A DNA stretch of 64,000 nucleotides from the IMG/VR virus record IMGVR_UViG_3300009376_000006, one strand, 5' to 3'. This DNA is from an uncultured virus (IMG/VR IMGVR_UViG_3300009376_000006). Its lineage: Duplodnaviria > Heunggongvirae > Uroviricota > Caudoviricetes. Under the pieces are notes generated by a model. It worked only from the letters and a program-made list of their open reading frames with translations, had not been told where the DNA came from and searched no databases. The translations under genes were made by a program, and so were the position numbers. This document shows, piece after piece, positions 59,921-64,000 of the stretch; position 1 is the stretch's first letter; the number at the start of each line of letters is the position of its first letter.

Positions 59921-60547
59921 ATGCGCTCTATTGGTATTGTCCTGTCTAGCCTGCTAGTCTTCGCTTCGTGCGGGGGTGAGTTTGGTATCGACGCTGGTGA
60001 AAGCCGCATGCGGAGCATCAGCGGACCGGGGTTCGATTCCCCGCACCTCCACCAAGGGGCGACCGAGGAACCAAGTGCCTTCTCTGAGAACCTGAACAGG
60101 AACCCGCGCTCTCAGAAGGTCCCCTCGGTCGTCCCTGAGGACCCCCCGGTGCTGACGGTGGTCTTCCACCGGCCTGTGCCTACCACCACGACCTCCACGG
60201 TCCCTCCCACGACCACCACGACGCTCCCTCCCGAGCCGCCTACACTGGCGGAACTGATCGGACAGAACTTCGAGATGGAGGACTGGGCGTGGGCGCTTAA
60301 AGTGGCTTTCTGTGAGTCTTCCGCACAGCCCGAGGACGTGGTATCGAAAGCGGTACACAAGCGGTCGGGAGCGTCGGGCTGGTTCCAGCACCTCCCCAAG
60401 TTCTGGGAGTATCGCACCGAGGCGGCGGGAATCCCCGGGGCCGACATCATGGACCCGGTCGCCAACGTGGAGGTGGCGGCGTATCTCCTTTACCAAACGC
60501 CGCAAGGTAAAGGCCACTGGTACCCGTCCGAACACTGCTGGGGATGA
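59921..60547 (+). CDS. Lipoprotein with Thr-rich linker and lytic transglycosylase (SLT-like) domain
   Basis: Signal peptide with FASC lipobox; PTTTT linker; VAFCESS...ASGWFQ...DPVANVEVAAYL. Confidence 0.75.
   Translation: MRSIGIVLSSLLVFASCGGEFGIDAGESRMRSISGPGFDSPHLHQGATEEPSAFSENLNRNPRSQKVPSVVPEDPPVLTVVFHRPVPTTTTSTVPPTTTTTLPPEPPTLAELIGQNFEMEDWAWALKVAFCESSAQPEDVVSKAVHKRSGASGWFQHLPKFWEYRTEAAGIPGADIMDPVANVEVAAYLLYQTPQGKGHWYPSEHCWG
59952..59960 (+). promoter_or_regulatory. Extended -10 promoter for the mini-tmRNA
   Basis: TGCTAGTCT (TGnTAnnnT) ends 11 nt before G1; TTGGTA lies 18 nt upstream of the hexamer. Confidence 0.5.
59972..60054 (+). ncRNA. Mini-tmRNA: tRNA(Ala)-like domain only
   Basis: GGGGGTG/CACCTCC-ACCA acceptor stem with G3-U70; GGTATCGAC D-loop; CGCTGGTG/CATCAGCG helix; GGAC; CGGGG-TTCGATT-CCCCG T arm. 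Confidence 0.85.
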
Positions 60548-60562
60548 TGGTAAACTAGACGA

Positions 60563-61099
60563 ATGCCAGAACCAGATGGTCCACAGTTTCAGAATCTATG
60601 GCAGTCCGCCATGGACGATGCGTTTGCCAATCTTGATGCGACCTCCGACGAGGAGTTGGAGCGGCACGTGCCGGAGGCGGTAGACGAGCCAGAAGATGAC
60701 CGCCCACCGTCCCCGTTCACCGTGGTTGACGACCCCGTACAGAACGCTGTCTGGGACCGCATAATGAATCCCTACAGGGAGCAGCAAGAGCCCCCGGAGT
60801 TGGGGGAAAGTATGAGTCGGTGCGGGTACTGCGGTGAGGTCATCGACTACTGCCAAGGCCACGGCGAGGCCGAGCGCGCAGAGTTCGGATTCGACATCGA
60901 CAGCGACGAGTACGAGGCCCGGCGTGAGATGTTTGAGGCTGAACTTGACCCTGACGCATACTTCGCCCGTGACGAACCTGTTGTTCCCCCGGAAGACAAC
61001 TGGAGGGATTCTCAAAGTGTCTCCTTTAAGGATGTCTCCGACGAGGACATCGAAAAGCACGAACGGTTCTGGCGGGACCTCGGGAACAGGACCTCCTGA
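60563..61099 (+). CDS. Acidic hypothetical protein with C..C...C.H motif
   Basis: Extended -10 six nt before the ATG. Confidence 0.65.
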   Translation: MPEPDGPQFQNLWQSAMDDAFANLDATSDEELERHVPEAVDEPEDDRPPSPFTVVDDPVQNAVWDRIMNPYREQQEPPELGESMSRCGYCGEVIDYCQGHGEAERAEFGFDIDSDEYEARREMFEAELDPDAYFARDEPVVPPEDNWRDSQSVSFKDVSDEDIEKHERFWRDLGNRTS

Positions 61100-61101
61100 A
61101 C

Positions 61102-61287
61102 ATGCCGTCCCGCTTTGTGCCCCGTTGGTTCTTTCGTCCCTCCGCCCAGCCCGAGTCCGTGCAGCCACGTAAGGCTGAGCGGAGCGCTAGTCGTTCGGTG
61201 AGGGACGACATCCCCGAGGGGTACCACTCGTGGGGCGAGTACTGGGACGAGCGCCATGCTAAGGAGAACGGTCGTGAGGAGAGGTAA
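61102..61287 (+). CDS. Small hypothetical protein
   Basis: Operon packing. Confidence 0.5.
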   Translation: MPSRFVPRWFFRPSAQPESVQPRKAERSASRSVRDDIPEGYHSWGEYWDERHAKENGREER

Positions 61288-61726
61288 GCACCGCCATCTG
61301 GGGAGCGCTCAGTGGTCGGACTTCTCGCCCGAGGAGAGGCCCCTCCCGTTGCTCGCTTCCTTACGAGAGTTCTCCGAAGAGGAGATCATTCCTGCCGCCA
61401 AGGACAACCTGAGGCAGACCTTCCGTGAGGCCCCCGCCAGTGTGAAGGCGGCGAGCGCCGTCACGGCGGCGACCGGCGTGGTCGGGGCCGTGACCGGGGA
61501 CATCTCTCTCGTCAACGCTGTACCGCTCACCACCGTCGTGGCCCCGGGACTCCCGTACGCACGCAAGGGCGTGGAGTGGCTCGCAGAGAACAAGGAGAGC
61601 ACCGGTACGTGGACCGGCGGCCCGCCCAGCGACGTGCCCTTGCGACAGCGCATTCGGCAGGGGGCCCATCCCGTGCGGGGCATCAGGAACCTGTTCCGAG
61701 CGCCCGGAGAAGAAATCAGGGATTAG
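61274..61726 (+). CDS. Hypothetical protein with a hydrophobic segment
   Basis: AAGGAG RBS plus GTG at 61274. Confidence 0.6.
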   Translation: MRRGKHRHLGSAQWSDFSPEERPLPLLASLREFSEEEIIPAAKDNLRQTFREAPASVKAASAVTAATGVVGAVTGDISLVNAVPLTTVVAPGLPYARKGVEWLAENKESTGTWTGGPPSDVPLRQRIRQGAHPVRGIRNLFRAPGEEIRD

Positions 61727-61759
61727 GGGTTGCGCTCTCGCCTCTGGTGGTAGTAGGTT
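61707..61759 (+). promoter_or_regulatory. Repeated promoter, copy 1
   Basis: GAGAAGAAATC-n8-GGGGTTGCGC...GGTGGTA; similar copy at 63946. Confidence 0.65.
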
Positions 61760-61797
61760 TCCCCTCTGAGACCTGACGACCACGACTAGGAGACGAC

Positions 61798-62046
61798 ATG
61801 CCCTCCAACTACCCGCCGGGCGTGACCGGCAACGAGTTCCACATCGCTGGCTACGACAGAGAGTGGGAGGAGGACCGGTACTGCGAGCAGTGCGACGAGG
61901 AGACCACCTTCCTCATGGGACGCTACCGCCGCACCATCGACGGGTCGTGCGGAGAGTGCGGACACGACATCGCCGCTGAGTTGGACGAGTACATCGACCC
62001 CGACGCCGGGCGGGACGACTACGACCGCTGGGGCGAAAGGGTCTAG
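61798..62046 (+). CDS. Small zinc-ribbon protein
   Basis: AGGAG RBS; SNYPPGV; CEQC...CGEC. Confidence 0.75.
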   Translation: MPSNYPPGVTGNEFHIAGYDREWEEDRYCEQCDEETTFLMGRYRRTIDGSCGECGHDIAAELDEYIDPDAGRDDYDRWGERV

Positions 62047-62049
62047 TCC

Positions 62050-62346
62050 GTGGACTATGACACGAGTAAACACTCGTTCTGTGATCGTTGCGAAGAGCGG
62101 GTCGATCTGGACATGGGCCCCTATCAGGTTGTGGACGGACTCAACATCTTCGTGGAGGGCTACTACGGGGGGTTCACGGACACGCTCCCTGACGAGGTTC
62201 CCCTGAGGGTGGTGCTCTGCCACGCCTGCTGCGTCTGGCTGGCAAAGGAGATTGCGCCCGTGGCTGAGTTCGTCAAGGGCGGCCACCCGCACCCCGACGA
62301 CGGCTGGTGCTGTGAGTACGCCTACAGGTGGCCCGGCGATGGATGA
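62050..62346 (+). CDS. Small zinc-binding protein
   Basis: CDRC...GYYGGFTD...LCHAC. Confidence 0.7.
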   Translation: MDYDTSKHSFCDRCEERVDLDMGPYQVVDGLNIFVEGYYGGFTDTLPDEVPLRVVLCHACCVWLAKEIAPVAEFVKGGHPHPDDGWCCEYAYRWPGDG

Positions 62347-62677
62347 GATCAACCCCCCCGAGACGGAGGACCTCTGGATGAAAGATGAGGACCTCTGGAT
62401 GAACCTGATGGACCGGGACATCTTCCTTGACCATGTCCGCAGCCTACCTGACGTTTATACGGTTGACGAGTGGGACCTGAACGACGATGTTGGAAGGCTG
62501 ATGGACTCGGCGCTAGAGTTCACGGTGACACACAAGAACTGGGTCGGGCACGTGGCCCGGTACGGAAGCGAGTGGGTGCTTTATGTCAAAGACCAAGAAC
62601 GGAATGATGGACTCCTTGACATGGTCGAGGCTTATCACTGGATTCAGAGAGACCCTGAGGAGGCTCCAGATGCGTGA
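62339..62677 (+). CDS. Hypothetical protein
   Basis: Overlapping start; EDLWM tandem duplication. Confidence 0.6.
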   Translation: MDEINPPETEDLWMKDEDLWMNLMDRDIFLDHVRSLPDVYTVDEWDLNDDVGRLMDSALEFTVTHKNWVGHVARYGSEWVLYVKDQERNDGLLDMVEAYHWIQRDPEEAPDA

Positions 62678-62939
62678 CGGGCCGAGCGAGCACTTCTGGG
62701 AGGAGTTGGGTATTCTCAACCCCGACGCCGTCCGGTTCGACGGGCTGGACCACTGCGTCCTCGGGCTCGGTGGCCAGTTCTCCATGGACCCGGTCTTGGT
62801 CTACGACTACGACCTGATGATCGAACACTTTCTCTTCAACGACAACCTGACCTACGAGGAGGCCGTAGAGCACGTTGACTTCAACGTGGTCGGCCTCTGG
62901 GCTGGTCCCCATACACCTATCATCATGCGAGGAGCGTGA
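62670..62939 (+). CDS. Hypothetical phage protein
   Basis: GGAGG RBS; DGLD.C.LG...VYDYD...EEAVEH.DFNV.G.W.G..TP. Confidence 0.75.
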   Translation: MRDGPSEHFWEELGILNPDAVRFDGLDHCVLGLGGQFSMDPVLVYDYDLMIEHFLFNDNLTYEEAVEHVDFNVVGLWAGPHTPIIMRGA

Positions 62940-62940
62940 C

Positions 62941-63327
62941 ATGACCCTAAGCGAAGAAGCACGAGAGTTCAACGAGCGACAGAAGAGGTACAAGGAGCAG
63001 GAGCACCTGCACAAGTACACGGCCGGGGCCGACCACCGGGAGACGATGGAGGCTCTCAGCAAGATTGAGGAGGCCCTCCTGAGGATCAACGGTCTGCTGA
63101 ATCGGATCGTTGAGCAGCAGGACGACCGCCAGCGCCAGTTCCGCACGCCCTATCGGACCCAGCGTTCCAGCCACGAGTGGGTGCCCTACTTCGATGACTA
63201 CGGAGGGCACTACCGGACTCCCTACCGTCGTCCCGCCCCGGGCTCGCACCCCCGCCACGAGACCGACACCTTCGATCAGGGACAGACCGAGGGGACCGTC
63301 CCGCCGGAGGACCCCCATGAGTTGTGA
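62941..63327 (+). CDS. Hypothetical protein
   Basis: GAGGAG RBS; coiled coil; RTPYR twice. Confidence 0.6.
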   Translation: MTLSEEAREFNERQKRYKEQEHLHKYTAGADHRETMEALSKIEEALLRINGLLNRIVEQQDDRQRQFRTPYRTQRSSHEWVPYFDDYGGHYRTPYRRPAPGSHPRHETDTFDQGQTEGTVPPEDPHEL

Positions 63328-63571
63328 GCGGGACGACCTCTCCTCGCTGTACTGGGGCGGTGCTGTGGTTACCACCACGATGATGGTCGCCACCAACGAG
63401 GCCGCCGACACCTACCGCACGCCGTTCGGCTACAAAAGCGTCTGGAAGATCGACGGCGAGGACCCTAGGGGAGTCAAGGGCAAGGCGGGCCAGAGTCGCA
63501 CCTTCCCCCGCACGGACACGCCCCCTCCCCGGAAGGTCCAGTCCAAGCGCAAGTACCGCCGGGCCTCCTGA
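63317..63571 (+). CDS. Hypothetical protein
   Basis: GGAGG RBS plus ATG at 63317. Confidence 0.5.
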   Translation: MSCERDDLSSLYWGGAVVTTTMMVATNEAADTYRTPFGYKSVWKIDGEDPRGVKGKAGQSRTFPRTDTPPPRKVQSKRKYRRAS

Positions 63572-63661
63572 ACCCCGTCGGACAGGGACCCCCCGGCCGA
63601 CCCTAAACAGAGAACAAACATCACACGTACATTCAGAGGCGCTTAAAGGAGCACTAGACAC

Positions 63662-63940
63662 ATGCCGAATACCATACACACGCACGCCGACCCGATGACC
63701 CTCACGCTCACGCTGAGCGTGGACCTCGGACGGGAGGAGGAACTGCACCGGGAGTGGGAGGAGCACGAGACCTCGCCCCGGCCCTTCCATGACGAGGCGA
63801 TCCTGCGAGCCATGGAACTGGTGGGCTTCTTCGTGGATCAGGGGTCCATCGACATCGGGGGCTGGGAGATGGCCGTGGACGGGGGCTGGGTCTCCCTGAA
63901 CCGGACGGTCGTGGAGCGTGGCCCGGACGGGCCGTTCTAG
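63662..63940 (+). CDS. Hypothetical protein
   Basis: AAAGGAG RBS. Confidence 0.7.
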   Translation: MPNTIHTHADPMTLTLTLSVDLGREEELHREWEEHETSPRPFHDEAILRAMELVGFFVDQGSIDIGGWEMAVDGGWVSLNRTVVERGPDGPF

Positions 63941-63945
63941 GCCCC

Positions 63946-64000
63946 GAGAAGAAATCTGAAGTTGGGGGTTGCGCCGCCGAACCCACGGTGGTAAAACATT
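63946..64000 (+). promoter_or_regulatory. Repeated promoter, copy 2
   Basis: GAGAAGAAATC-n8-GGGGTTGCGC-17nt-TAAAAC. Confidence 0.65.

Larger units (their letters stand above)
1..64000 (+). mobile_element. Tailed bacteriophage genome segment (contractile tail), probable actinobacterial host
   Basis: Co-oriented terminase, portal, capsid, sheath, tube, baseplate and replication genes; two WhiB genes; no host housekeeping genes or integrase seen. Confidence 0.95.

Noticed and set aside
59972..60054. Ordinary tRNA gene or attP fragment of host ssrA
   Set aside because: There is no D-stem or 7-nt anticodon loop. An attP remnant usually carries only one end of the gene, whereas both paired ends are present here, and no integrase is seen in the window. 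attP use is not fully excluded.

Overview
The window is a 64 kb segment of a GC-rich, contractile-tailed (myovirus-type) bacteriophage genome, with essentially all real genes on the + strand. Two WhiB genes and probable leaderless transcripts point to an actinobacterial host. Gene order: tail fibre and a giant acidic lipoprotein (1-4.5 kb); terminase, phosphoesterase, holin, portal, scaffold and major capsid protein (5.8-15.3 kb); collagen fibre and neck; sheath, tube, chaperone, tape measure, baseplate and endolysin (21-38 kb); replication/recombination genes (initiator, loader, DnaB, primase, SNF2 helicase, SSB, PolA, RecA, Cas4-like nuclease, resolvases, SpoVS; 39-53 kb); then accessory genes. 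The standout observation is an 83-nt mini-tmRNA at 59972-60054. It has an intact tRNA(Ala)-like domain (G3-U70 pair, T arm, encoded CCA, helix 2a) but no tag-coding region or pseudoknots, has its own candidate promoter, and lies in frame inside a lipoprotein transglycosylase gene. Other notable items are a candidate +1 frameshift (CTT-TTA) in the tail chaperone, three fibres with S74-type chaperones, and a degenerate TGT/DpdA-like gene. All calls come from reading motifs by eye; no database searches were run.
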